A stretch of DNA of 63,966 nucleotides, the filler included, from Craspedostauros australis (lineage: Eukaryota), in NCBI GenBank assembly GCA_030167865.1. It is 6 parts of 6 records of this genome, joined end to end, with 100 filler letters (N's around TTAATTAATTAA, not from the genome) between each part and the next. Parts side by side here need not be neighbours in the genome. Positions count along the whole stretch, not along the records: positions 1 to 6,515 come from JALAGF010003463.1; positions 6,616 to 13,507 come from JALAGF010003464.1; 4 more parts are not named here. One strand, 5' to 3'. Under the pieces are notes generated by a model that had not been told where the DNA came from, made no database searches, and worked only from the letters and a program-made list of their open reading frames with translations. Positions within the stretch are counted from its first letter, which is position 1, and every line of letters begins with the position of its first letter. A program made the translations under genes and the position numbers. Of the stretch, positions 1 through 11,700 are shown one piece after another.

Positions 1-640
1 AGTTGTTGGTTGCCAATTGCAGGAGGTATTCGAATCCCAGGCACGTCCCCCACACAGGCAGCGACGCATGAGGGGACATGGTTGATGCTTCTGTGTCGAC
101 GGACGACCCGTACGATGATGATGATACTGCATCCGTGCCTCGCAGGTGCTCGCTGGGCGATGCTGAACTTCCATGGGCAACGCCGTTGCCGTCATTGGCA
201 TCAGACACGATCATCTTCCACAAGATCTTCGCGGATTCCGGCACCGCGCTGGCACCACCAGGAAAGAGGACGCCGTCCACAATGTCGTAAAGATCCGCAA
301 TCATCTCGGGTGTCGCGTCGTAGGGAATGGCGATGCTGCGCGCACCACCCATCTCCAACCATTTGGGATACGAAGAAGCGATCTGTGTCACATTCCGACC
401 GATGTACGGCTGCGTGAGAATGCCGATGATGGGTGTGTCCAATGGCGAGTTCATCTGCAGCATGCCATCGCCTGCTTCCAGATCTGACCAGTGCGCAGGC
501 AATGCAGACAGCACCACCTCCTCTTGCTTTGCATGATGTGTTGCCTGGCCGAGTGCTGGTCCCCACAAGGATGCCATCAACAGCAGGGAGGCTGCAGCTG
601 TGGCTGTCGCGGGCAACGAGCATCGGCTCTTCATCATCAT
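1..640 (-). CDS. GGH: gamma-glutamyl hydrolase, 5' part, cut at contig edge (redundant copy of 16469-17863)
   Basis: 1-3501 is the reverse complement of 13608-17108; encodes PIIGILTQP, DGVLFPGG and PVWGTCLGFE. Confidence 0.85.
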   Translation of the reverse strand, partial: MMMKSRCSLPATATAAASLLLMASLWGPALGQATHHAKQEEVVLSALPAHWSDLEAGDGMLQMNSPLDTPIIGILTQPYIGRNVTQIASSYPKWLEMGGARSIAIPYDATPEMIADLYDIVDGVLFPGGASAVPESAKILWKMIVSDANDGNGVAHGSSASPSEHLRGTDAVSSSSYGSSVDTEASTMSPHASLPVWGTCLGFEYLLQLATNN

Positions 641-1386
641 GCTGTTGCTTCTGCTTCTGCTGGTGGTCGTCGTCGTCGTGGAATTCTGTTCGTGTCTCTT
701 GTGTTTGACCTTGGCGGTTGCTGATTGTGACAGAGTCATTCATCCAGCAGTGCATCAGGATCCTTGCTGCTGTTGTTGCCGCGACTGCCGCTCGAAGTCC
801 ACGATGGTTCGTCGCTGCTTCATCAATGTCAAAGAAGAGGGGAAGAGGGGAACGACAACAGAACGCTCCAGAACAAAAGAACGAAGTTTGTTGTCCTCCT
901 TTGTTCGGTCGGAGGCAGTCGGCAACCATCAGTCCGATGAGTCGATTTCCGTCATCATTCATGACTCGAAGGCATGAATGGATCAAGTCTGACACGGCCG
1001 TTACGGACATCACAATCTTTGCGGTGATGTGTGACAAGATACCTTTTCGTCTCTCCGACCTCTTCGTGCGAACAAGAGAGAGAGAAGGGAGGAACACAGG
1101 CGCGCAAGAGAGGACCGCATGTACGGGTCACATGCCCAGCAACCAGAGAGACAGAGAAAGCAAGAGCAACAACAAGATCGGCACCACTCAATTGGAGTGA
1201 CAGCATTCAACGTCGACGACTATCTCGTGGAACGAATACGACTAGGAAAAGCGGCATCGCAAGGGCAGAGCTGAAGCTTCAACAGTATTCGGCAGAGGGG
1301 AGGGAAGGCGCACGACAAGACCAACGCAGAAGCGCGGTCTGAGCAGAGCAAGCCACTCCAAGAACTAACACAAGGAAACAGCCATC

Positions 1387-1572
1387 ATGCCAAGCAACGA
1401 GGACGTTGAGAACATCGGCGAAGAGCAGCCAAGGGAGCAGCGCGAGGGGCAGCTATCGGGACGAGAATTGCGACAGCGACGTGAGAAACGGAATCTGTGC
1501 CTTGGAGTCGTCGCGATGGTCGTGGTTGGGATAGTTGCCGGGACGTTGCTGTACTACTTCCTGGTGGAGTAA
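1387..1572 (+). CDS. 61-aa putative tail-anchored membrane microprotein (copy 1)
   Basis: Charged N-terminus, basic patch RREKR, C-terminal hydrophobic helix LCLGVVAMVVVGIVAGTLLYYFLV; A/C-rich leader before the ATG; no recognised homolog. Confidence 0.4.
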   Translation: MPSNEDVENIGEEQPREQREGQLSGRELRQRREKRNLCLGVVAMVVVGIVAGTLLYYFLVE

Positions 1573-2490
1573 TGCTATGTCATGCGATGCTATGTTCTGC
1601 CCAACGGTCATCTGCATCGGATACTGGGCCAAGCAAGTTCGCAATCGAGTGGACCCGATGGACACTTTCCTTTGGGGATGGCGTGGTTTGCAGACCACAG
1701 CACGGCACGGCACAGCACGACACGGCATAGCATAGCATAGCATGAATCAGTTGACGCCGCGCCAATGATGTTCGCAGGAAAGCAACAGTTGAAACTGAGG
1801 AGCCAAACAACAATGGCATCACGTTCCCATGGATTGGGTTGGAATGCTCTGGGAAAGCGTCCGCTGGTGACCATGCGAAAGAATAGAAGCGCGGAGTGAA
1901 TTGATGGTAGGCCAGATCACTTTGAGCAGTATAACAGGCACGCACCAAGTCTGATTTGCTTCGTTGCTGTGCGATGGGCAAGGCGCCAAAAGGGTGATAT
2001 AAACGAAACCATCGGGGATGCAACGCACATTCCTGCGGTGATGCAAGTGCATGTAACAAGCAGCACACACTGAAACATGACACACTCAGCCAATGGACTT
2101 AGTGACGATTCAGTTTGGGTCGGTCTACGTACAAGTGTTCTCAAGTCCAGGACTGTCTCGGTCATCACATTCTCCCTTCTCGTCCCATTGCAGCGATGTG
2201 ACGTAGGAATTCTATGTACCTACGCGCCTATGTTTGCAGAGGAGTCCATCTGACTCCAAGCCACGCCGTGTCATGATGGAAATGCTATACGGGAATATTG
2301 CCGTCGCATTCGAGTACCATTCTCTCCAGAGAGTAGATCATTACTACAAATTTTAGTACTCACGTGATTATATATATGTATCGACAGAGGACCATTCTTC
2401 GCACGAGAAGTCACATCTCTCAGGCTCTTATTGCAGATGTGTCGATCATGTTCACATCCGTCCAGGCTCATCAGTCTTGTCCATCCTATT

Positions 2491-3946
2491 TCAAGGACAG
2501 CAAGATGTACCGAGCTCCTCATTGCACATTCCATCCGGAATGAATTCAGCATCTGCCATGGTGAATCCATCACACGTGCACGCCTTTTCGCCAACGCAAG
2601 CTTCTGCTCCGACAACTGCGCTGACGCCCTTGCATGCGAGATCACCGATACAGGAATTGCCGGTAACTATGGAACCGATCGAGTCGCATGCTTCTGCCCC
2701 AATGCAGGAGTTTTCTCCGACAAAGACAATTTCGCCATCTTTCGCCGGAGATGCGTTGGCGCATGCTCGCGCACCGATGCACGCGGATTCACCTGTGAAG
2801 GTGAACTTGGAATCGATGCAGCTTTGGTATCCGAGGCACGATGCTTGTCCGATGGTGGAGAGGCTCAACGATGAGCAGGCATCCTCGCCGAAGCAGGAAG
2901 ATTCGCTGACGGTGGCATTCTCCGACAAGCCCAGGCATGCACGTTTGCCATGGCATGCGAATTCAGCGACGATGACTCCGGGACCATTGAGGGATTGGCA
3001 GGATTGCTCACCGTGGCAAGAGTTGATGCTCACGAAGACATCGTTGCTTCCTGCACATGCTTGTGTGCCGAAGCAAGAGTGATTCAAGACCAAGGCTTCA
3101 GAGACCCCGGAGCAGGATTGATCGCCTGTGCAGGCATCGTTGAGGATGAAAGATCCCGTCTGCAGGTCGCTGCAGGCTCCTGTTCCCGTGCAGCTGAAGT
3201 TGCCGATGAAAGAATCGGACACGCTGAGGCAGGATTGGGTGTCGGAACAGCTGCCATTGACCACAGTCATGAACATGGATGTCATGCATGCCTGTGTGCC
3301 TTGGCAACTCTCCTCACCGACGGAGGACTGCACCATGTCTTGACAGGCTTGGACGCCGTTGCATCCAGAGCGGGCGGCGGCGCTGCCCTGCACGTTCTGG
3401 CATGCTGCAGCCCCGGTGCAGCTCAAGTCTTCGAAGCTCGCGGAGACGACATCGCTGCATGCGCCTTGTCCGCGGCAGGTGCGGTTGCCGATGGCGACCA
3501 ATGTGGCATCGTCGCAGGATTGCGGGCCGATACATGAACCGTCACCCACAAAGGCTTCGATGCGGTTGCAGCCGGCGTCAATGCAGGAGTTGGATCCGAT
3601 GATCCCACGCGCATCTTTGCAAGCGCCGCCGGAAGACCCAGGCCCAGAGATGCAGGACAGTGGCCCAATGAGCGTTTGGTTGATGCCGATACAAGCGTCT
3701 GGCCCATTGCAGGATCCAGGACTCACGAAGGATGGGTTCTTCGATGAACATCGCGAGGTCTTCGTCTGGCGTCGGTTCTTCCTGAAGCGACCGTGCGCTT
3801 GATTGTGGCCGAGTGTGGGCGATCAGTCTCTTGATGGATGGATGATCCGCAACTGCCTGTGTCAGCTGATGCGGTTATCCGCTGGCCAGTGGTGCTGTCA
3901 GGGACAGGGCAGCGGCAACCTGCAAAAGGTGAGATGAGAGTTTCAT
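2491..3946 (-). pseudogene. disrupted allele of the secreted Cys-rich repeat protein
   Basis: Compared with 9106-10938: CAA>TAA nonsense codon at 3875-3877 and a net 377-bp frameshifting deletion at 3736/3739. Confidence 0.85.
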
Positions 3947-4708
3947 GGTTGCTTGTTGTCTTATCGTCGTGCTCCTACTTGATACAAGATTGTATAGAAA
4001 TGATTGTGTGGACACGACAGTCCAAGCAGATGGATTCAACTTGGTGCACTTTGTTACTGACGACGACGAGCGGCATCGATGGTGGAATAGTGAGGTACAT
4101 CTCTGCCTGCTCGTATGGTATGGTGCATGTGCTGCAATCCAGGGAAAGCATCACGTTCCTCCACACCGCATCGCAGGGCATCGCGGCACCTTGAACGCAG
4201 TCGCTCAAAATCCCACGAACCAACGACGATCAGCTCTGAAATGTGAGCCTGTCACACCCTCATCATGGCCATCATCCGATAGTGACAAAGCGCGTGCCCG
4301 CCTTGCCAAATTCATCGGTTCTTGTGGGGCCAAATTCGTGCACTCACGCTTTCCATGTCTTCGTGTCTTTGTCGCGAAATTTGTGATGGTGCCAATTTTC
4401 TCGACCAACGGAAAAATGTGACAGGAATTGTTGCTGAATTTTGAGTCATGTATATCGAGTGACACAATGATGATGATCGACTACATGGATCAAGTTTGGC
4501 AAGTCAACTTGATGTCTCCAACCATAGAACCACATCCACCCATCAAGGAAAGGAGAGACAGCAACACAGAGATCATGCCACTCCACTCCACGCTGCTCAT
4601 GCTTGTAGCCGCACAGATACACACGTTGGACTCTTGCACAAAAGATCACTGGAGGCTGCGGAATGATCGATGAGGAGATCCGGTAACGATCAATGAGAGC
4701 GTGGTCTG

Positions 4709-6394
4709 ATGATGTTTGCTATCAATGCACATTCCCGGCAATGCATGCCACGGTTGGTCGAAGGCTTGAACTCCGTGGTGCTGCGGAAGCTGTCATCAAT
4801 CTCGGCAGCGAGAGCCGTGGGGCCTCGGTCACGATGCCTTGCCGTTGGTATAAACGGCGGTGAAGGTGTCGGAGGCCGCTTCTGCACAACCGGACCCCGT
4901 CGCACGTACTCCAGCCATCGAATCGCAGCGTTCTATGCAATGCCGGCGCTGCCAGAAAGAGCATCGCCTCTGGCATCGGACAGCACTACACTACGTCACA
5001 GCTCCATCAGCACAGCAAGTTTCCGGCTTGGTCACGGATTTCAAGCCAAAGTTAGGGAGATCGTGGAAGCGCCGTTCGTGGACAAACGGAGACAACGATG
5101 GTTTTCATCCGATCAACATCAAGCAAAGGATGCGAGAGACCTACCGTTGCGGTTGTCGCTGGTTGTATCCAGACTTGCCGGCGATGGCAACCTCAGCCGA
5201 AGGCAGGCGGAGTTGCAGATCCGACGTGGGAATGTGGCGGTCAATGGCAGGACCATCACATCGCCACAGTACGATTTGAATGCCGGTGTGCGATTTGGTG
5301 CCCCAGCCATCACGGAAGACGTCGGAGATGCTCTCCCAGATGTTCGCGGTGTTGAGGAATCAGCTATATCGGGTGCAAGTGCGAACGACCATGCAGGCAC
5401 GGCGGATAAAACGGAACAGGGCATGATTGAATCACAACACAATGATGCATCATCGAGAATCACGCTGGCTCTGAAAGGCAGGACGATAGTATCCGCCGAT
5501 TCCATTGGTGAGCTGATTGAACGATACCACGCGAAACAGCAGCAGCTGGCACAGGCGTCATCGTCAGCCTCTGTGCTTCTGGACGGTGCAGGCAGTACCG
5601 ATGCCCGTATCCGCGATGACGGTACTACCCCCAAAGTATGGGCGGCACACAAGACGAAGGGAGAGCTGGTGGCCCACCACGATCCGCTCGGACGACCGAC
5701 CCTCCTGGAGCGTTTGCAACGCGGAGGCTTGGGTCAGCACGAAGTGGGTGGACGGAACGTCACGCTGAAGCCCATCGGTCGACTCGACATGATGACGGAG
5801 GGATTGATTTTGCTCACCAACTGCGGCAAGTACGCACGCGAGATGGAGCTGCCGTCATCTCAGCTGCATCGCACCTACCGAGTGCGGGTCCACGGGAGGA
5901 TCACGCCGCAGAAGCTGGAACGGCTGCGCAGCGGCGGCATGTTCCGTTGGCAGGTTCCGAATGTTAGCGGCGATGGATACCAAACAGAACAGCAGTACTA
6001 CGCCCCAATGAAGGTCCAATTGGAAGCACCGCCCCGCGGAAGAGACGGCATCTTCAAGTTCCGAACGAACAACTGGATGCAGATTACGTGTCGCGAGGGA
6101 AAGAATCGACAAATCCGCAATGCGTTGGCCAGCCTGGGTTTGACGGTGACGCGGTTGATCCGCATTTCGTTTGGCGACTACCGGCTCCACTCGATACCAT
6201 CGGGGATGGTGATTCCAGTGCCGCACAAGCCCGTCCAGTCGCAAGCCCACCGAGGCAGGAAGAACTTCGACCAGCACGTCCTGCCGCGGCAACAGCAACG
6301 GAAACGCAAGGCAGAGGCTGAGAGGAGGAACGATGCTGGCAACGCAACTGCTGAAGGAGATGAGAACGGAGGTGTGCGGTGGTTGCAAGGTTAA
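4709..6394 (+). CDS. RsuA/RluB-family rRNA pseudouridine synthase with S4 domain, probably organelle-targeted (haplotype 1)
   Basis: S4-like LSRRQAELQIRRGNVAVNG, catalytic PIGRLDMMTEGLILLTN, REGKNRQIR, TRLIRISFG; Arg/Ser-rich N-terminal extension; exact start uncertain. Confidence 0.9.
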   Translation: MMFAINAHSRQCMPRLVEGLNSVVLRKLSSISAARAVGPRSRCLAVGINGGEGVGGRFCTTGPRRTYSSHRIAAFYAMPALPERASPLASDSTTLRHSSISTASFRLGHGFQAKVREIVEAPFVDKRRQRWFSSDQHQAKDARDLPLRLSLVVSRLAGDGNLSRRQAELQIRRGNVAVNGRTITSPQYDLNAGVRFGAPAITEDVGDALPDVRGVEESAISGASANDHAGTADKTEQGMIESQHNDASSRITLALKGRTIVSADSIGELIERYHAKQQQLAQASSSASVLLDGAGSTDARIRDDGTTPKVWAAHKTKGELVAHHDPLGRPTLLERLQRGGLGQHEVGGRNVTLKPIGRLDMMTEGLILLTNCGKYAREMELPSSQLHRTYRVRVHGRITPQKLERLRSGGMFRWQVPNVSGDGYQTEQQYYAPMKVQLEAPPRGRDGIFKFRTNNWMQITCREGKNRQIRNALASLGLTVTRLIRISFGDYRLHSIPSGMVIPVPHKPVQSQAHRGRKNFDQHVLPRQQQRKRKAEAERRNDAGNATAEGDENGGVRWLQG

Positions 6395-6515
6395 CTTCGT
6401 CTCAATAGCGATGCAAATTACTTGGACCAATGAAGGCTAGAGCCTCGTCTTTGCACACTGTTGAGGCATGGAACAGCAGTGCTTCCAGAAGAGGAATAGC
6501 AACCGTGGAGGAGAG

Positions 6516-6615
6516 NNNNNNNNNNNNNNNNNNNNNNNNNNNNNNNNNNNNNNNNNNNNTTAATTAATTAANNNNNNNNNNNNNNNNNNNNNNNNNNNNN
6601 NNNNNNNNNNNNNNN
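6516..6615. other. artificial contig linker
   Basis: 44N-TTAATTAATTAA-44N, which has stops in all six frames. Confidence 0.98.
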
Positions 6616-7255
6616 AGTTGTTGGTTGCCAATTGCAGGAGGTATTCGAATCCCAGGCACGTCCCCCACACAGGCAGCGACGCATGAGGGGACATGGTTGA
6701 TGCTTCTGTGTCGACGGACGACCCGTACGATGATGATGATACTGCATCCGTGCCTCGCAGGTGCTCGCTGGGCGATGCTGAACTTCCATGGGCAACGCCG
6801 TTGCCGTCATTGGCATCAGACACGATCATCTTCCACAAGATCTTCGCGGATTCCGGCACCGCGCTGGCACCACCAGGAAAGAGGACGCCGTCCACAATGT
6901 CGTAAAGATCCGCAATCATCTCGGGTGTCGCGTCGTAGGGAATGGCGATGCTGCGCGCACCACCCATCTCCAACCATTTGGGATACGAAGAAGCGATCTG
7001 TGTCACATTCCGACCGATGTACGGCTGCGTGAGAATGCCGATGATGGGTGTGTCCAATGGCGAGTTCATCTGCAGCATGCCATCGCCTGCTTCCAGATCT
7101 GACCAGTGCGCAGGCAATGCAGACAGCACCACCTCCTCTTGCTTTGCATGATGTGTTGCCTGGCCGAGTGCTGGTCCCCACAAGGATGCCATCAACAGCA
7201 GGGAGGCTGCAGCTGTGGCTGTCGCGGGCAACGAGCATCGGCTCTTCATCATCAT
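6616..7255 (-). CDS. GGH: gamma-glutamyl hydrolase, 5' part (redundant copy)
   Basis: Same sequence as 1-640 at offset 6615. Confidence 0.85.
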
Positions 7256-8001
7256 GCTGTTGCTTCTGCTTCTGCTGGTGGTCGTCGTCGTCGTGGAATT
7301 CTGTTCGTGTCTCTTGTGTTTGACCTTGGCGGTTGCTGATTGTGACAGAGTCATTCATCCAGCAGTGCATCAGGATCCTTGCTGCTGTTGTTGCCGCGAC
7401 TGCCGCTCGAAGTCCACGATGGTTCGTCGCTGCTTCATCAATGTCAAAGAAGAGGGGAAGAGGGGAACGACAACAGAACGCTCCAGAACAAAAGAACGAA
7501 GTTTGTTGTCCTCCTTTGTTCGGTCGGAGGCAGTCGGCAACCATCAGTCCGATGAGTCGATTTCCGTCATCATTCATGACTCGAAGGCATGAATGGATCA
7601 AGTCTGACACGGCCGTTACGGACATCACAATCTTTGCGGTGATGTGTGACAAGATACCTTTTCGTCTCTCCGACCTCTTCGTGCGAACAAGAGAGAGAGA
7701 AGGGAGGAACACAGGCGCGCAAGAGAGGACCGCATGTACGGGTCACATGCCCAGCAACCAGAGAGACAGAGAAAGCAAGAGCAACAACAAGATCGGCACC
7801 ACTCAATTGGAGTGACAGCATTCAACGTCGACGACTATCTCGTGGAACGAATACGACTAGGAAAAGCGGCATCGCAAGGGCAGAGCTGAAGCTTCAACAG
7901 TATTCGGCAGAGGGGAGGGAAGGCGCACGACAAGACCAACGCAGAAGCGCGGTCTGAGCAGAGCAAGCCACTCCAAGAACTAACACAAGGAAACAGCCAT
8001 C

Positions 8002-8187
8002 ATGCCAAGCAACGAGGACGTTGAGAACATCGGCGAAGAGCAGCCAAGGGAGCAGCGCGAGGGGCAGCTATCGGGACGAGAATTGCGACAGCGACGTGAG
8101 AAACGGAATCTGTGCCTTGGAGTCGTCGCGATGGTCGTGGTTGGGATAGTTGCCGGGACGTTGCTGTACTACTTCCTGGTGGAGTAA
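8002..8187 (+). CDS. 61-aa putative tail-anchored microprotein (copy 2)
   Basis: Identical translation to 1387-1572. Confidence 0.4.
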   Translation: MPSNEDVENIGEEQPREQREGQLSGRELRQRREKRNLCLGVVAMVVVGIVAGTLLYYFLVE

Positions 8188-9105
8188 TGCTATGTCATGC
8201 GATGCTATGTTCTGCCCAACGGTCATCTGCATCGGATACTGGGCCAAGCAAGTTCGCAATCGAGTGGACCCGATGGACACTTTCCTTTGGGGATGGCGTG
8301 GTTTGCAGACCACAGCACGGCACGGCACAGCACGACACGGCATAGCATAGCATAGCATGAATCAGTTGACGCCGCGCCAATGATGTTCGCAGGAAAGCAA
8401 CAGTTGAAACTGAGGAGCCAAACAACAATGGCATCACGTTCCCATGGATTGGGTTGGAATGCTCTGGGAAAGCGTCCGCTGGTGACCATGCGAAAGAATA
8501 GAAGCGCGGAGTGAATTGATGGTAGGCCAGATCACTTTGAGCAGTATAACAGGCACGCACCAAGTCTGATTTGCTTCGTTGCTGTGCGATGGGCAAGGCG
8601 CCAAAAGGGTGATATAAACGAAACCATCGGGGATGCAACGCACATTCCTGCGGTGATGCAAGTGCATGTAACAAGCAGCACACACTGAAACATGACACAC
8701 TCAGCCAATGGACTTAGTGACGATTCAGTTTGGGTCGGTCTACGTACAAGTGTTCTCAAGTCCAGGACTGTCTCGGTCATCACATTCTCCCTTCTCGTCC
8801 CATTGCAGCGATGTGACGTAGGAATTCTATGTACCTACGCGCCTATGTTTGCAGAGGAGTCCATCTGACTCCAAGCCACGCCGTGTCATGATGGAAATGC
8901 TATACGGGAATATTGCCGTCGCATTCGAGTACCATTCTCTCCAGAGAGTAGATCATTACTACAAATTTTAGTACTCACGTGATTATATATATGTATCGAC
9001 AGAGGACCATTCTTCGCACGAGAAGTCACATCTCTCAGGCTCTTATTGCAGATGTGTCGATCATGTTCACATCCGTCCAGGCTCATCAGTCTTGTCCATC
9101 CTATT

Positions 9106-10938
9106 TCAAGGACAGCAAGATGTACCGAGCTCCTCATTGCACATTCCATCCGGAATGAATTCAGCATCTGCCATGGTGAATCCATCACACGTGCACGCCT
9201 TTTCGCCAACGCAAGCTTCTGCTCCGACAACTGCGCTGACGCCCTTGCATGCGAGATCACCGATACAGGAATTGCCGGTAACTATGGAACCGATCGAGTC
9301 GCATGCTTCTGCCCCAATGCAGGAGTTTTCTCCGACAAAGACAATTTCGCCATCTTTCGCCGGAGATGCGTTGGCGCATGCTCGCGCACCGATGCACGCG
9401 GATTCACCTGTGAAGGTGAACTTGGAATCGATGCAGCTTTGGTATCCGAGGCACGATGCTTGTCCGATGGTGGAGAGGCTCAACGATGAGCAGGCATCCT
9501 CGCCGAAGCAGGAAGATTCGCTGACGGTGGCATTCTCCGACAAGCCCAGGCATGCACGTTTGCCATGGCATGCGAATTCAGCGACGATGACTCCGGGACC
9601 ATTGAGGGATTGGCAGGATTGCTCACCGTGGCAAGAGTTGATGCTCACGAAGACATCGTTGCTTCCTGCACATGCTTGTGTGCCGAAGCAAGAGTGATTC
9701 AAGACCAAGGCTTCAGAGACCCCGGAGCAGGATTGATCGCCTGTGCAGGCATCGTTGAGGATGAAAGATCCCGTCTGCAGGTCGCTGCAGGCTCCTGTTC
9801 CCGTGCAGCTGAAGTTGCCGATGAAAGAATCGGACACGCTGAGGCAGGATTGGGTGTCGGAACAGCTGCCATTGACCACAGTCATGAACATGGATGTCAT
9901 GCATGCCTGTGTGCCTTGGCAACTCTCCTCACCGACGGAGGACTGCACCATGTCTTGACAGGCTTGGACGCCGTTGCATCCAGAGCGGGCGGCGGCGCTG
10001 CCCTGCACGTTCTGGCATGCTGCAGCCCCGGTGCAGCTCAAGTCTTCGAAGCTCGCGGAGACGACATCGCTGCATGCGCCTTGTCCGCGGCAGGTGCGGT
10101 TGCCGATGGCGACCAAGGTGGCATCGTCGCAGGATTGCGGGCCAATACACGAACCGTCACCCACCAAGGCTTCGATGCGGTTGCAGCCGGCGTCAATGCA
10201 GGAGTTGGATCCGATGATCCCACGTGCATCCTTGCAAGCGCCGCCGGAAGACCCAGGCTCAGAGATGCAGGACAGTGGCCCAATGAGCGTTTGGTTGATG
10301 CCGATACAAGCGCCTGGTCCATTGCAGGATCCAGGACTCACGAAGGATGGGCTCGTGTCTTCGCACGCTGCTTCGTATGTACCGTCGCCATTGATTCCAC
10401 CGATGCAAGAGTGATCGCAGGAAATGGCCTGGGACAGTTCTGGGAACATGGGGGGCTCGATACGACCCATGCCACGATCGACCTCGTCAACATCTCCGTC
10501 GTCCTCCTTCATCGACTTGCCGGACTTTCCCGAGTCCCCGCTCTTGGACTGCTTGGGGGCCTTCGTCATGTCGTCGAAGGATGACTTCGGACTCTTGGAG
10601 CCCGCGATGGCCTTCGGAAGCTTGGTGCCCTCCTGCCCTGGATCGACCATTTCAGGTGACTTGGACGACTTCGTCCTCCGGTTGGAAACCGTGGAGACGT
10701 CATTGTTGAGGAAGAAAGGATGGCAGTTTCCTTCGATGAACATCGCGAGGTCTTCGTCTGGCGTCGGTTCTTCCTGAAGCGATCGTGCGCTTGATTGTGG
10801 CCGAGTGTGGGCGATCAGTCTCTTGATGGATGGATGATCCGCAACTGCCTGTGGCAGTTGCTGCGGTTGTCCGCTGGCCAGTGGTGCTGTCAGGGACAGG
10901 GCAGCGGCAACCTGCAAAAGGTGCGATGAGAGTTTCAT
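9106..10938 (-). CDS. secreted Cys-rich tandem-repeat protein (610 aa) with RXL site and KXXK-rich linker
   Basis: ATG at 10938 opens a signal peptide MKLSSHLLQVAAALSLTAPLASG; RSL at 10777-10785; KSSK/KSPK/KAPK/KQSK/KSGK/KSMK motifs; about 20 repeats of (S/A)CxGxx(A/S)C at 16-21 aa spacing. Confidence 0.85.
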   Translation of the reverse strand: MKLSSHLLQVAAALSLTAPLASGQPQQLPQAVADHPSIKRLIAHTRPQSSARSLQEEPTPDEDLAMFIEGNCHPFFLNNDVSTVSNRRTKSSKSPEMVDPGQEGTKLPKAIAGSKSPKSSFDDMTKAPKQSKSGDSGKSGKSMKEDDGDVDEVDRGMGRIEPPMFPELSQAISCDHSCIGGINGDGTYEAACEDTSPSFVSPGSCNGPGACIGINQTLIGPLSCISEPGSSGGACKDARGIIGSNSCIDAGCNRIEALVGDGSCIGPQSCDDATLVAIGNRTCRGQGACSDVVSASFEDLSCTGAAACQNVQGSAAARSGCNGVQACQDMVQSSVGEESCQGTQACMTSMFMTVVNGSCSDTQSCLSVSDSFIGNFSCTGTGACSDLQTGSFILNDACTGDQSCSGVSEALVLNHSCFGTQACAGSNDVFVSINSCHGEQSCQSLNGPGVIVAEFACHGKRACLGLSENATVSESSCFGEDACSSLSLSTIGQASCLGYQSCIDSKFTFTGESACIGARACANASPAKDGEIVFVGENSCIGAEACDSIGSIVTGNSCIGDLACKGVSAVVGAEACVGEKACTCDGFTMADAEFIPDGMCNEELGTSCCP

Positions 10939-11700
10939 GGTTGCTTGTTGTCTTATTGTCGTGCTCCTACTTGATACAAGATTGTATAGAAATGATTGTG
11001 AGGACACGAAAGTCCAAGCGGATGGATTCAACTTGGTGCGCTTTGTTGTTGACGACGACGAGCGGCATCGGTGGTGGAATAGTGAGGTACATCTCTGCCT
11101 GCTCGTATGGTATGGTGCATGTGCTGCAATCCAGGGAAAGCATCACGTTCCTCCACACCGCATCGCAGGGCATCGCGGCACCTTGAACGCAGTCGCTCAA
11201 AATCCCACGAACCAACGACGATCAGCTCTGAAATGTGAGCCTGTCACACCCTCATCATGGCCATCATCCGATAGTGACAAAGCGCGTGCCCGCCTTGCCA
11301 AATTCATCGGTTCTTGTGGGGCCAAATTCGTGCACTCACGCTTTCCATGTCTTCGTGTCTTTGTCGCGAAATTTGTGATGGTGCCAATTTTCTCGACCAA
11401 CGGAAAAATGTGACAGGAATTGTTGCTGAATTTTGAGTCATGTATATCGAGTGACACAATGATGATGATCGACTACATGGATCAAGTTTGGCAAGTCAAC
11501 TTGATGTCTCCAACCATAGAACCACATCCACCCATCAAGGAAAGGAGAGACAGCAACACAGAGATCATGCCACTCCACTCCACGCTGCTCATGCTTGTAG
11601 CCGCACAGATACACACGTTGGACTCTTGCACAAAAGATCACTGGAGGCTGCGGAATGATCGATGAGGAGATCCGGTAACGATCAATGAGAGCGTGGTCTG

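Noticed and set aside
1698..1744. GCACG/GCATA pentamer run
   Set aside because: Ordinary low-complexity microsatellite.
6516..6615. TTAATTAATTAA motif recurring five times within N runs
   Set aside because: Identical 100-nt artificial linker, not biological; ORFs ending in XXXLIN are artefacts.
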